Positions 8,533-19,377 of a stretch of 60,302 nt of DNA are shown here, one piece after another (positions within the stretch are counted from its first letter, which is position 1; each line of letters opens with the position of its first letter). Both the position numbers and the translations under genes were made by a program. This stretch comes from Candidatus Moraniibacteriota bacterium (GTDB lineage: Bacteria > Patescibacteriota > Minisyncoccia > Moranbacterales > GCA-2747515). The notes beneath the pieces were generated by a model. The model searched no databases. It saw nothing but the letters and a program-made list of their open reading frames with translations, and had not been told where the DNA came from. The DNA lies in contig JAXGYI010000004.1 in assembly GCA_040772365.1 (NCBI GenBank), positions 1 through 60,302 on the forward strand. The letters are read 5' to 3'.

Positions 8533-9731
8533 GGAGATCGTACATCATTACATTGTAGCACTGTACCATACCGTGCAATTAATCTTTTGTACAGCCGACC
8601 GCTGTCGCGTAGTATGCGCTCCTGTGTCGCACGATGCACACCAACCATGCCAAAATGAAAATCGTAGCCGCTCGTCCACTCATACCCGTCACATAAGCTA
8701 TAGTGAAAATACCCCCGCACATCTGCACCGTCAGAAATCGCCTTACGCATCCATGCAAAGATCTCTGCAAGCATCACCTGCCGATCCGTGTCATGCACAA
8801 CATTATGTGTCGGCTTGCCGTTTTCCAAAATCATTACTGGTTTACCAAAGCGCTGCACCTCCATAAGTACGCGATACAGTCCTTTGGCAAATGTTCGCCA
8901 CACGTCGGGGCTATGCCAATCATTCGTGCCGTGCACACCCCATCGCCCGCCACTGTATCCGAAATAGAATGTGTCGCTTGTATAGTAATTAATTCCAATG
9001 AAATCGCTACTGCGTGCGAGAGAACGCACCATCCATGCCGTCGTCATACACCGCTTGGCACGCAAAAACAATTTCTGCGCAATCGTTCTATGCGCCGGCT
9101 GCTCATCATTCCATAGAAATGTTGATCCGATCGGCGTTGCTGGATAACGCGCCTTCCACACAGCGTACGTCTTACGATGCATCACATGTAAATGATATGC
9201 TGCGCGCACTGCGCGCAGGCGACTTGTGAGAAATGGTGGACGCTCCCCGCTGATATAGCCCATATGGAGAAACACATTTGGCTCATTGAGTGGCACAACA
9301 ATATCAATCACATCCCCACACGTCGTACAAATCTTATGTAAAAATCGCACATACTGATCTACAAATGCACGATGGTGGACTGGCGCACACCACGCGGGTA
9401 CACTCCAATGCCACAGACCAACAACCGTCTGCATACCGCGCGCACGAATATCTAAGAGCAGTGCACGGTAGTGCGCCACAGCAGCGTCATTAAAAACACC
9501 CTCCTCCGGTTCCACGCGTGACCACGCAATTGACACACGCAGTGCTGTGCACCCAAACGACTGCGCAATGGTATGATCTTCGGCATAGCGCTGCTCATAG
9601 GCGTTCGCTGTACCAATGTGTGGCACCAACGCACGACGCGCCCACAGCGTCCAATCACTATTCGCGTCACCACTTTCTGTCTGTTGGGCGATATTTACCA
9701 CGCCCCATAAAAAATTCCCTTGCATTGCCAT
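8529..9731 (-). CDS. Glycoside hydrolase family 1 (beta-glucosidase-like)
   Basis: RVSIAWSRVEP, acid/base LNEPN, GINYY, nucleophile ILENG, GYFHYSLCDGYEW. Confidence 0.88.
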   Translation of the reverse strand: MAMQGNFLWGVVNIAQQTESGDANSDWTLWARRALVPHIGTANAYEQRYAEDHTIAQSFGCTALRVSIAWSRVEPEEGVFNDAAVAHYRALLLDIRARGMQTVVGLWHWSVPAWCAPVHHRAFVDQYVRFLHKICTTCGDVIDIVVPLNEPNVFLHMGYISGERPPFLTSRLRAVRAAYHLHVMHRKTYAVWKARYPATPIGSTFLWNDEQPAHRTIAQKLFLRAKRCMTTAWMVRSLARSSDFIGINYYTSDTFYFGYSGGRWGVHGTNDWHSPDVWRTFAKGLYRVLMEVQRFGKPVMILENGKPTHNVVHDTDRQVMLAEIFAWMRKAISDGADVRGYFHYSLCDGYEWTSGYDFHFGMVGVHRATQERILRDSGRLYKRLIARYGTVLQCNDVRSP

Positions 9732-9783
9732 AGCACGTTGCTTGTATCATCTCCCCTATGGTCTCTATCATACACTATAACAA

Positions 9784-9804
9784 AAGCGCCCGAAATGGGC
9801 GCTT
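9784..9804 (-). terminator. Intrinsic terminator after the lysozyme-like gene
   Basis: AAGCGCCC-gaaat-GGGCGCTT; followed by TTG on the minus strand (TTTT in total with the stem end). Confidence 0.6.
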
Positions 9805-9817
9805 GTGCTGCTCTCTT

Positions 9818-10654
9818 TTATTGTCGTAATGTTAATTTTTGTGTTGTAATACCAATCGGGTTCAGCGGTTTTTGTGATGCATCCATCGCCATCACGCGAT
9901 TGTAATAGGTTTGCACGGCGCCAATCCAACGTGTCACGCTTTCCGGCGTATGCGATGCACAGCTACTGCCGCACTTCCACGGTGTCACCATTTTTGCCGG
10001 CGTGTCACGCCCCGTCTCATAGACATAACGATGCAATCGCGCGCCAACAACCGTCACAGCCTCCTCCGGTGAGCTAAAACATCCGTAATCGCCAGCGACC
10101 ACGCCACGCGTACCGGCTGTTTTAATGCCCCAATAATTATAGCAATCGAGTCCACCTTTGCGTGGTGCATACCGCCCCCACTTACTCTCAATGTGCGCAA
10201 TACCCACAATGAGTGCTGCCACCTTTTGGTCCTGCTGTGCAATGACTGATGCCATATCTGTCATTGGTGATCTGGCAAGTAATTCTTCTAGCTGCATGGC
10301 AAGTGATGTGGATTCCTCTGCGATGATGTACCCAGCATTACTACGCTGCACACACTCCGCATCTGCAGAAAAAAAATCATCACTCTGCACCTGCCCTTGC
10401 TCCGTCATCACTCCCTTGCTAAATACACATGCATTATAGCGCTGCACAACGGGCTCTTGCACAATTTTCTGTACAGGCGTCTCCTGTGCATTGCTATAGA
10501 GTACGCCAATGGCGATACCAATAACCACAAGGATAATGATCCTATACAGGTATCTTGTGTATCGTGTCATCTGTGTATGCAGTGGTGATAGTGTCACCTT
10601 AAGCGCATCTGCATCCGTGCGCAATCGCAATATCGGTTCTTCGTCGTTGATCAT
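9818..10654 (-). CDS. Membrane-anchored lysozyme-fold (GH73/glucosaminidase-like) protein
   Basis: Likely start MINDEEP at 10654 (ORF track extends to 10768); TM IIILVVIGIAIGVLY; IAHIESKWG...YNYWGIK motif; CGSSC. Confidence 0.6.
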   Translation of the reverse strand: MINDEEPILRLRTDADALKVTLSPLHTQMTRYTRYLYRIIILVVIGIAIGVLYSNAQETPVQKIVQEPVVQRYNACVFSKGVMTEQGQVQSDDFFSADAECVQRSNAGYIIAEESTSLAMQLEELLARSPMTDMASVIAQQDQKVAALIVGIAHIESKWGRYAPRKGGLDCYNYWGIKTAGTRGVVAGDYGCFSSPEEAVTVVGARLHRYVYETGRDTPAKMVTPWKCGSSCASHTPESVTRWIGAVQTYYNRVMAMDASQKPLNPIGITTQKLTLRQ

Positions 10655-10852
10655 ATGATCTGTTACGGATAAAACCCCCTTGCATACGTGACCCTCTTGA
10701 AAACACAAAAGTGTACCCAAAAAAGCACACGCAGATACGAGTATAGCGTATCCACATGTGCACGTCAAGTGTTTCTAGCTGTAAAACTACAAAAAACCTT
10801 GCTATTACAAGGTTTTTGTGCATCTTCTCCATTTGTCATTTTTACGCGTACA

Positions 10853-11470
10853 CTACTGACGTATCGCAGCAGAAAACTCTTCAACAATACTTTCCAACAC
10901 TGCCATTGGCGGATCATTATCCTCCGCAAGGGCCAACATGCGCGCGTAAATCATCGCCTGCTTCACCTCGATAATCTCATCAAATGCAGTATCACCTGCC
11001 ATCGTCTTAGCAAAAATCAAAATTGTATCACGTACAAATGTGATAAATTCGCGACATTCCGGATTTGGTGGCACAGCACCAGCATACGCCGTCAAGAGGC
11101 GGTCTGCTGTTTCTTGAATCGTCTGCACATTGCCACTCGCTGTCTTAAATTCATCGTAGATATGCAGAAACACCTCCTCATCTACACCAGATACCTGCGA
11201 CAGTAAATAGATTTCTGAACGAATCATTTCATCCTGTGTCTTTTCCACTGTCCAGTGATTTTTCAATGCAGCTGCAAAAACTTCCTCCACGCTGCGTAAG
11301 AATGCAATAAATGCCTTTGTTTCTCTGTAATCACCATATTTCTTCTCTAACATCTCCGCGGCAATATCCAATCGCTCAGTGTATGGCTTAAGTTCCATCA
11401 CCTCACGATAATGTTCATCAAATGTTTTCTCACGACGATCGCCGTGGTGGGGCGTTTGTGTATGTGTCAT
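10853..11470 (-). CDS. Hypothetical helical protein made of two related halves
   Basis: 205 aa, 11 bp downstream of gyrB; ETKAFIAFLRSVEEVF vs ECREFITFVRDTILIF. Confidence 0.8.
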   Translation of the reverse strand: MTHTQTPHHGDRREKTFDEHYREVMELKPYTERLDIAAEMLEKKYGDYRETKAFIAFLRSVEEVFAAALKNHWTVEKTQDEMIRSEIYLLSQVSGVDEEVFLHIYDEFKTASGNVQTIQETADRLLTAYAGAVPPNPECREFITFVRDTILIFAKTMAGDTAFDEIIEVKQAMIYARMLALAEDNDPPMAVLESIVEEFSAAIRQ

Positions 11471-11481
11471 AGATGATATAA

Positions 11482-13900
<2,419 letters not shown>

Positions 13901-14055
13901 AATACAACATTACTTTTCCTTTTACATCCCGTACCTGCGGGCCTCTATAGTATATCGTATTTCGTAAGAATTGACAACTATTTCATCGTCATTCATGACT
14001 CTTACGGGTATCCTGTGCTATACTATACATAGTGTAATTTTTTAAGTACTACACT

Positions 14056-14370
14056 ATGTCAAAAGACGTCGTCGACAACGATAAATCCCCGCTAATGGCA
14101 GCACTAGCAGAGCTCAGTGGGACACTCATCACAATGGCGCGCGATCGTATCTCTGAAAAAGTGGATAGTGTCGTTGAAGCAGCAATTCGCAAAGCTGTTA
14201 TCACTGTCGTTATTGTCCTGTGTACGCTTTTTGGATTGGGCTTTCTTGCTGTAGGCTTTGCACTGTGGCTTGGTGCAGCGAGTGGCATTGGTACGTGGTT
14301 TGGCCTAGTCATCACCGGGTGCATCCTCTTGTTTACAACAACTATTGTTGCTCTCGTCAATCGTCGCTAG
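14056..14370 (+). CDS. Small 2-TM membrane protein (holin-like/DUF1469-like)
   Basis: Amphipathic N-terminus, two TM helices, basic end; TGCTATACT at 14016-14024 upstream. Confidence 0.65.
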   Translation: MSKDVVDNDKSPLMAALAELSGTLITMARDRISEKVDSVVEAAIRKAVITVVIVLCTLFGLGFLAVGFALWLGAASGIGTWFGLVITGCILLFTTTIVALVNRR

Positions 14371-15119
14371 TCGTGATGCACGCACACATCCATCATCGCA
14401 TCCCCACCGTCGGGATGCGATTTTTCTTTGCGTACTGGTAACACAGCAACCACGAATTCCCCACGTACCATCTCAGCGTGCTCTAAGAAAAACGTCACTA
14501 CCTCATCCACCGATCCGCGTACAATCTGTTCGTGTATTTTTGTCAGTTCGCGCCCCACAATCACTTGCGCCGTCGGGCACATCTGCGCCAACAGTGCCAT
14601 ATTTTTCACAACACGATGTACACTGTCATAGTATATAACGGGCATCTGCGATGCCGCTATATTACGAAAGAAAGTCTGACGCCCTTTCTTGTGTGGTGGA
14701 TATCCCATAAAACAAAATTTCTGCATGTCATATCCTGCCACAGACACAAGCGCCCCAAGCGCTGTTACGCCCGGCACCGGTACAACAGTAATCCCTGCCG
14801 CCACGGCACGTGCAACGAGAATGTTGCCGGGATCACTGACGCCTGGCGTTCCCGCATCACTCACTACGGCAACTGCATCACCATTGACCATGTGATCCAC
14901 AATTCTCTGCAATTTACTCTCTGTAGTATGGTGATGACATGCAGTCGTTGGCGTTGCAATAGCATAGTGCCGCAAAAGCTTTGCCGTCACGCGCGTATCT
15001 TCACAGGCAATCAACTGCACGGCACGCAACACATCTAGCGCACGCATTGTAATATCGCCTAGATTACCAATCGGCGTTGCAACGACATAGAGTATGCCAC
15101 TCTTCTGTGTACCTACCAT
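14367..15119 (-). CDS. rsmI: 16S rRNA Cm1402 methyltransferase RsmI
   Basis: LYVVATPIGNLGDIT, ACEDTR, SDAGTPGVSDPG, GRELTKIHE. Confidence 0.95.
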   Translation of the reverse strand: MVGTQKSGILYVVATPIGNLGDITMRALDVLRAVQLIACEDTRVTAKLLRHYAIATPTTACHHHTTESKLQRIVDHMVNGDAVAVVSDAGTPGVSDPGNILVARAVAAGITVVPVPGVTALGALVSVAGYDMQKFCFMGYPPHKKGRQTFFRNIAASQMPVIYYDSVHRVVKNMALLAQMCPTAQVIVGRELTKIHEQIVRGSVDEVVTFFLEHAEMVRGEFVVAVLPVRKEKSHPDGGDAMMDVCVHHD

Positions 15120-15123
15120 AGAT

Positions 15124-15690
15124 TTACTTACGACCTAAATTTTTTAGTGCCAATCGCACGCACTCACCAACATCCGCAACATCTGTATCAACACCCTCCA
15201 CAGCAATCCGTGCTTCCGCCACACTATATCCCATAGATCGCAATGCTTCAATCGCATCAGCATGCATAGCAACATCCCGTGACGCCTCTGCTTCCGGCGC
15301 AACAACCTTGCCCGATAACTCCATAATGACTTTTTTCGCCGTCTTAGTACCAATACCAGAAACACTTGTCAGAATTGTCGTATCTTCACGTGCAATTGCC
15401 GCTTGTAGCGTTGCAACATCTGCAACATTTAAAATATTCATTGCCGCCTTTGGCCCAATGCCCGATACACTAATGAGTAGCTCAAACATCTCTTGTTCTG
15501 TCTGTGCTATAAACCCATACAGTGTCATCTCTTGCTCGCGCACATGTGTATAGATATGTAGTCCCATTGCGCCTTCGCAGCGCTCCAGTGTAGTTTCTGT
15601 TACTACAACACGATACCCCACGCCACGCACATCAAGAATCACAGCACCATTTTTCTTAGCGATGACAACCCCTTGTAAAAATCCAATCAT
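15124..15690 (-). CDS. ruvA: Holliday junction branch migration protein RuvA
   Basis: MIGFLQG, DVRGVGYRV, LISVSGIGPKAA, SGIGTKTAKKVIMEL, ALRSMGY. Confidence 0.95.
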   Translation of the reverse strand: MIGFLQGVVIAKKNGAVILDVRGVGYRVVVTETTLERCEGAMGLHIYTHVREQEMTLYGFIAQTEQEMFELLISVSGIGPKAAMNILNVADVATLQAAIAREDTTILTSVSGIGTKTAKKVIMELSGKVVAPEAEASRDVAMHADAIEALRSMGYSVAEARIAVEGVDTDVADVGECVRLALKNLGRK

Positions 15691-15754
15691 AGGCTATAAC
15701 TGACTACTCTATTATATCCCTTATGGTACTACGCCCGCCCCTAAGCGACAAGCA

Positions 15755-15783
15755 TTGCTTTTTCTCATGTCTTGTGCTATAAA
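15755..15783 (+). promoter_or_regulatory. Putative rpsT promoter
   Basis: TTGCTT (15755-60), 17 nt, TATAAA (15778-83) with TG extension. Confidence 0.5.
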
Positions 15784-15913
15784 AGAGAAACGGTACATTT
15801 AGCGGATTTCTCAGTTCCGCTGTGTGCTGTAGTGCTCATAATATATAACTCGTGCACAGTACACATCTCTCTCGTGCACAGCTTCTTATTACTAAATCTA
15901 CACATAGTATACT

Positions 15914-16183
15914 ATGCCTATTAAAGACTCTGCAAAAAAATACATGCGCGTCACAGCAAGAAAAACCGCAGCAAATAAAAAAACACGCGGTGACTATCGT
16001 GCAGCTATCAGAAATGTAGAAAAAGCTCTACAGGTCAATGATCTCAAAGCCGTGGAAACTTATTTTACACTCTCCCAAAAGACACTTGACAAGGCTGTGC
16101 AGAAAAATGTACTCTCAAAAAATGCCGCTGCACGTAAAAAATCTCGCCTCAGCAAAAAGGTTGTTGCAGCAAAAAAGAAATAA
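15914..16183 (+). CDS. rpsT: 30S ribosomal protein S20
   Basis: MPIKDSAKK...LDKAVQKNVLSKNAAARKKSRL. Confidence 0.95.
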   Translation: MPIKDSAKKYMRVTARKTAANKKTRGDYRAAIRNVEKALQVNDLKAVETYFTLSQKTLDKAVQKNVLSKNAAARKKSRLSKKVVAAKKK

Positions 16184-16204
16184 GTACACGTAGTCACATT
16201 GGTT

Positions 16205-16234
16205 AAAAACACCGCACACCATGCGGTGTTTTTT
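16205..16234. terminator. Bidirectional terminator between rpsT and holA
   Basis: AAAAACACCGCA-cacca-TGCGGTGTTTTTT between convergent genes. Confidence 0.8.
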
Positions 16235-16267
16235 GTGATGTCTATGTGTACACCGCACATCTACGCT

Positions 16268-17203
16268 CTACGCACCTAAAACTAGCAAATCCAATGCACT
16301 CTCACCATCACGTGTACCGACCTTCATGTCGCGATCAAACACCGCAAGCATATGGTGTACATTCTTGAGTCGCGCCAGTGAGGTGCGCTGCACAATCGCC
16401 AGCGCCTTGCGTACAACAAACGGCTTCATCCCCAGCAATCGGGCAATTGCGGCGACATCTCTCATCCCACCTTGCTCTACAGCACTTGCCACACGCAACA
16501 GCGTCCGTACCTGATAAGCGTACATGGCAAAAATATGGTGCACACTATCACCAGCAGCCTGTTGTGTGCGCAGCAATCGCATTGCCTCTGCGCGCTGTGC
16601 CGTGCATAACGCCTCGATCGTCGTAAACATATTTGCCTCTATCGCTCCGTGCACAAGCTTTTCAACATCTACCACCGTGCATACTCTGCCATGCGCATAT
16701 GTCGCAAGTTTTACGATCTCACTCTCTAGTCGCCACAGATCATCACCGACCGCACTAGCAAGCGCTCGTGCTGCGGCAGCATCAGATCGCATGCCATGGT
16801 GCTGCATCCGATCACGCATCCAACGATCAAACGCTGCCCCACGTAGTGGCTCATGCTGCTGTGCCACCGTGCCGTGCTTTACAAGCCATGTAAATAATGG
16901 TGCGTTTTTACGTGGTGTTTTTTCTTCTGTAAAAATGATGATGTCATCGGTTGGTCGCTCTACCACAGCTATCATCTCTCGTTGGTCCGCCGCCGATGCA
17001 TGAAGAAAAAAATGCGTAATCACGATCATGCGTTGCGATGCAAAAAGACTCTGTGCCTGTAGTGTATACAGCACATCTGCAAGATCATACTGCTCAGCAC
17101 AGTCATAGAATACCGTCTCATCATGCGTCGGATGCGTTGCGCGCACAGCACGCACAGCGCATGCCGTCTGAAATGTCTCCTCTCCGTAGTAAAAATATAT
17201 CAT
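16268..17203 (-). CDS. holA: DNA polymerase III delta subunit
   Basis: MIYFYYGEE, QSLFASQR, GDDLWRLESEIVKLATY, IFAMYAYQVRTLL, KPFVVRKA, DRDMKVG; TGCTATAAT at 17252-17244 upstream. Confidence 0.85.
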   Translation of the reverse strand: MIYFYYGEETFQTACAVRAVRATHPTHDETVFYDCAEQYDLADVLYTLQAQSLFASQRMIVITHFFLHASAADQREMIAVVERPTDDIIIFTEEKTPRKNAPLFTWLVKHGTVAQQHEPLRGAAFDRWMRDRMQHHGMRSDAAAARALASAVGDDLWRLESEIVKLATYAHGRVCTVVDVEKLVHGAIEANMFTTIEALCTAQRAEAMRLLRTQQAAGDSVHHIFAMYAYQVRTLLRVASAVEQGGMRDVAAIARLLGMKPFVVRKALAIVQRTSLARLKNVHHMLAVFDRDMKVGTRDGESALDLLVLGA

Positions 17204-17285
17204 ACCTACAATCACCACACACAAAAAACCCGCTTCATCGGCTATTATAGCATACTAGAGAACGGGCTCATGCTGTTGTAGATGA

Positions 17286-18575
17286 CTAGTGACTTTTTGT
17301 GTTCTGCAGTTCCTGTTCGCGCTCTGCCTTTTCTGCTGCACGATCCGCTTCTGTCCCCTCATCCCATTTCACCGTTTTGCCATTTGCCACAATCTCAATC
17401 CAAATCTGTCCCGGAACAAAATGGAGTTCTTTACCATGTGCATCATAGAAACGGAACGGCTGTTTGTCGCCCTTATCCTTTTTCCATGACCCGATAATCT
17501 CCTTGCCGTTCATGTAGAACTTCGCCTCACCCTCAAACTGCGTATCAAACCATGGGTCACCTAACTGAAAATTTGGATACTGCCCATTGTCATTCCGCTT
17601 GTGCGCTTCATCTATACCATCCCATGGATTACGCAAGCCTTGTCCGGCAAAATCTGTAGAGAGATAAAATGCATCTTTTTTCGTTTCAATCACAATAACA
17701 TTCTTTGGCGAAACGCGATCCTTTGTGACAAAATCATACTCCTCCTTGTTATTAAACAAGCGATCATAAGAGTTGGTATGCGGATTGTATTCATAGTGCA
17801 CACGAAATGGCTTATCAAAACCAACCGTCAACCTACCATATTCTGGGCGCTGATCTGGTGCAATCTCACCCTGATGTGCAAAACCTTTAAATGTGTTGAC
17901 ATTAGCATAGCCACGCTTTCCTGCTTCGGCAATCAGTTCCGGCATAGACGTAAATGCGCGATCCTCTAAATCAAGTGGAACCTCTGCCCTACTCTTACGG
18001 TAACAGGCACCACCGCCTGCCACCGGTCCGCCATCCGCACATGTCAGACTATCCATCACCCTGGCGTTCAACAAATTCTTTGTCACACTATCCCCACCCC
18101 ACAGCACGAACACCGCATCTACAGAATTTGCCACATTCATAAAGTCCACGCGCGCAGAGCGCATCGGTCCGATTTGATCTGGTGCATTGCACCCAAAAAC
18201 ACCCATCACACGTGTCCCGTCATGAATAGCGCGATGCGGCATCTCCATGACTAGGTCTGCTTTAGTAATATTGGAAAAATACGGACGCGTCTCCACGTCG
18301 CCGCTATACATCACAGCAAATGGCCTTTTGTCATAGTTCGCACATGACTGTCCCGTGATCGGACTAGCATCAGCGGGTCTCGTGTATGGCACAATCACCT
18401 CTCCGTGCACCACCTCTTCCTCTTGTGGTGTACCATCCTGTGATTTTTTCTTACACCCAAACCCGGCAATAGTAATTGCAATCACAAGACAGCATCCAAT
18501 GGCAATCCAATGCTTTTTCTGCAACTTCTTTATAAACGTCTCAATAAACGTCTTCATACGTGTCTGTGTTCTCAT
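17286..18575 (-). CDS. DUF3048-family (YerB-like) lipoprotein
   Basis: Lipobox-like AGFGC; SPITG, RPFAVM, ADLVMEM, IGPMRSAR, LHFVPGQIWIEIV. Confidence 0.8.
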   Translation of the reverse strand: MRTQTRMKTFIETFIKKLQKKHWIAIGCCLVIAITIAGFGCKKKSQDGTPQEEEVVHGEVIVPYTRPADASPITGQSCANYDKRPFAVMYSGDVETRPYFSNITKADLVMEMPHRAIHDGTRVMGVFGCNAPDQIGPMRSARVDFMNVANSVDAVFVLWGGDSVTKNLLNARVMDSLTCADGGPVAGGGACYRKSRAEVPLDLEDRAFTSMPELIAEAGKRGYANVNTFKGFAHQGEIAPDQRPEYGRLTVGFDKPFRVHYEYNPHTNSYDRLFNNKEEYDFVTKDRVSPKNVIVIETKKDAFYLSTDFAGQGLRNPWDGIDEAHKRNDNGQYPNFQLGDPWFDTQFEGEAKFYMNGKEIIGSWKKDKGDKQPFRFYDAHGKELHFVPGQIWIEIVANGKTVKWDEGTEADRAAEKAEREQELQNTKSH

Positions 18576-18672
18576 TAAGAAATTACTCTAATTCATGCTT
18601 TAGTGTAGCATGAAATGTCAAATGTGCAATATATATACATTACATGTAGCCCTTCTTTTCATGACACAGAAA

Positions 18673-19347
18673 CTATCTATGCGTCACGCATCCATTGAGC
18701 TTCTCCCATTCCTTTGCGCCAAACTGTTTTAGCGACGAAATAACCAAATCAGCGATAGCTGTCTGTGGATGATCTTTTACTGCGGTATCAGGCACGCACA
18801 CGCATGTCATACGCGCCGCTTTCGCAGCAATCACACCGTTGATGGAGTCTTCAAACACAAGACATGTCGTCGGATCAACGTCCAATTTTTTCGCCGTAGC
18901 CAAAAAAACTGCTGGATGCGGTTTACCGTAGAGTTCTTCCTGCGCGGAATGCACAACTGCCAGATACGGCGCGAGGTGCAATTTCTCCACAACAGCATCA
19001 ATCAGCACGCGATACGATGATGACGCAATTGCCATCGGCACACCTTGCGCGTGAAAAAACTGCACTACATCGTCTACGCCGGGCATCATGACGCCCTTTT
19101 CTCGCACCAAAGCAATAACCGCGTGCATAATCTCATCCACAACGACATCATGATCATGCATCATGCCCGGGTAGCGCACATCCCAATAACGTACAACTTC
19201 ATCAATGCGCATCCCCATTGTTTGACGACACATCGTGGGCGTAACCGGCACACCATGCGCAGTCAACACACGCGACTCTGCTTGCTGCCATAGCGGTTCA
19301 GAATCGATCAAAAGTCCATCCATGTCAAAAATTATTGCCTGTATCAT
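18673..19347 (-). CDS. HAD-superfamily sugar/hexitol phosphatase (HxpB/YniC-like)
   Basis: IFDMDGLLIDSEPLW, IASSS, GKPHPAVFL, FEDSINGVIAAKAA. Confidence 0.88.
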   Translation of the reverse strand: MIQAIIFDMDGLLIDSEPLWQQAESRVLTAHGVPVTPTMCRQTMGMRIDEVVRYWDVRYPGMMHDHDVVVDEIMHAVIALVREKGVMMPGVDDVVQFFHAQGVPMAIASSSYRVLIDAVVEKLHLAPYLAVVHSAQEELYGKPHPAVFLATAKKLDVDPTTCLVFEDSINGVIAAKAARMTCVCVPDTAVKDHPQTAIADLVISSLKQFGAKEWEKLNGCVTHR

Positions 19348-19377
19348 AAGTATAGTCGATTAAAAAGAGGTAAATCA

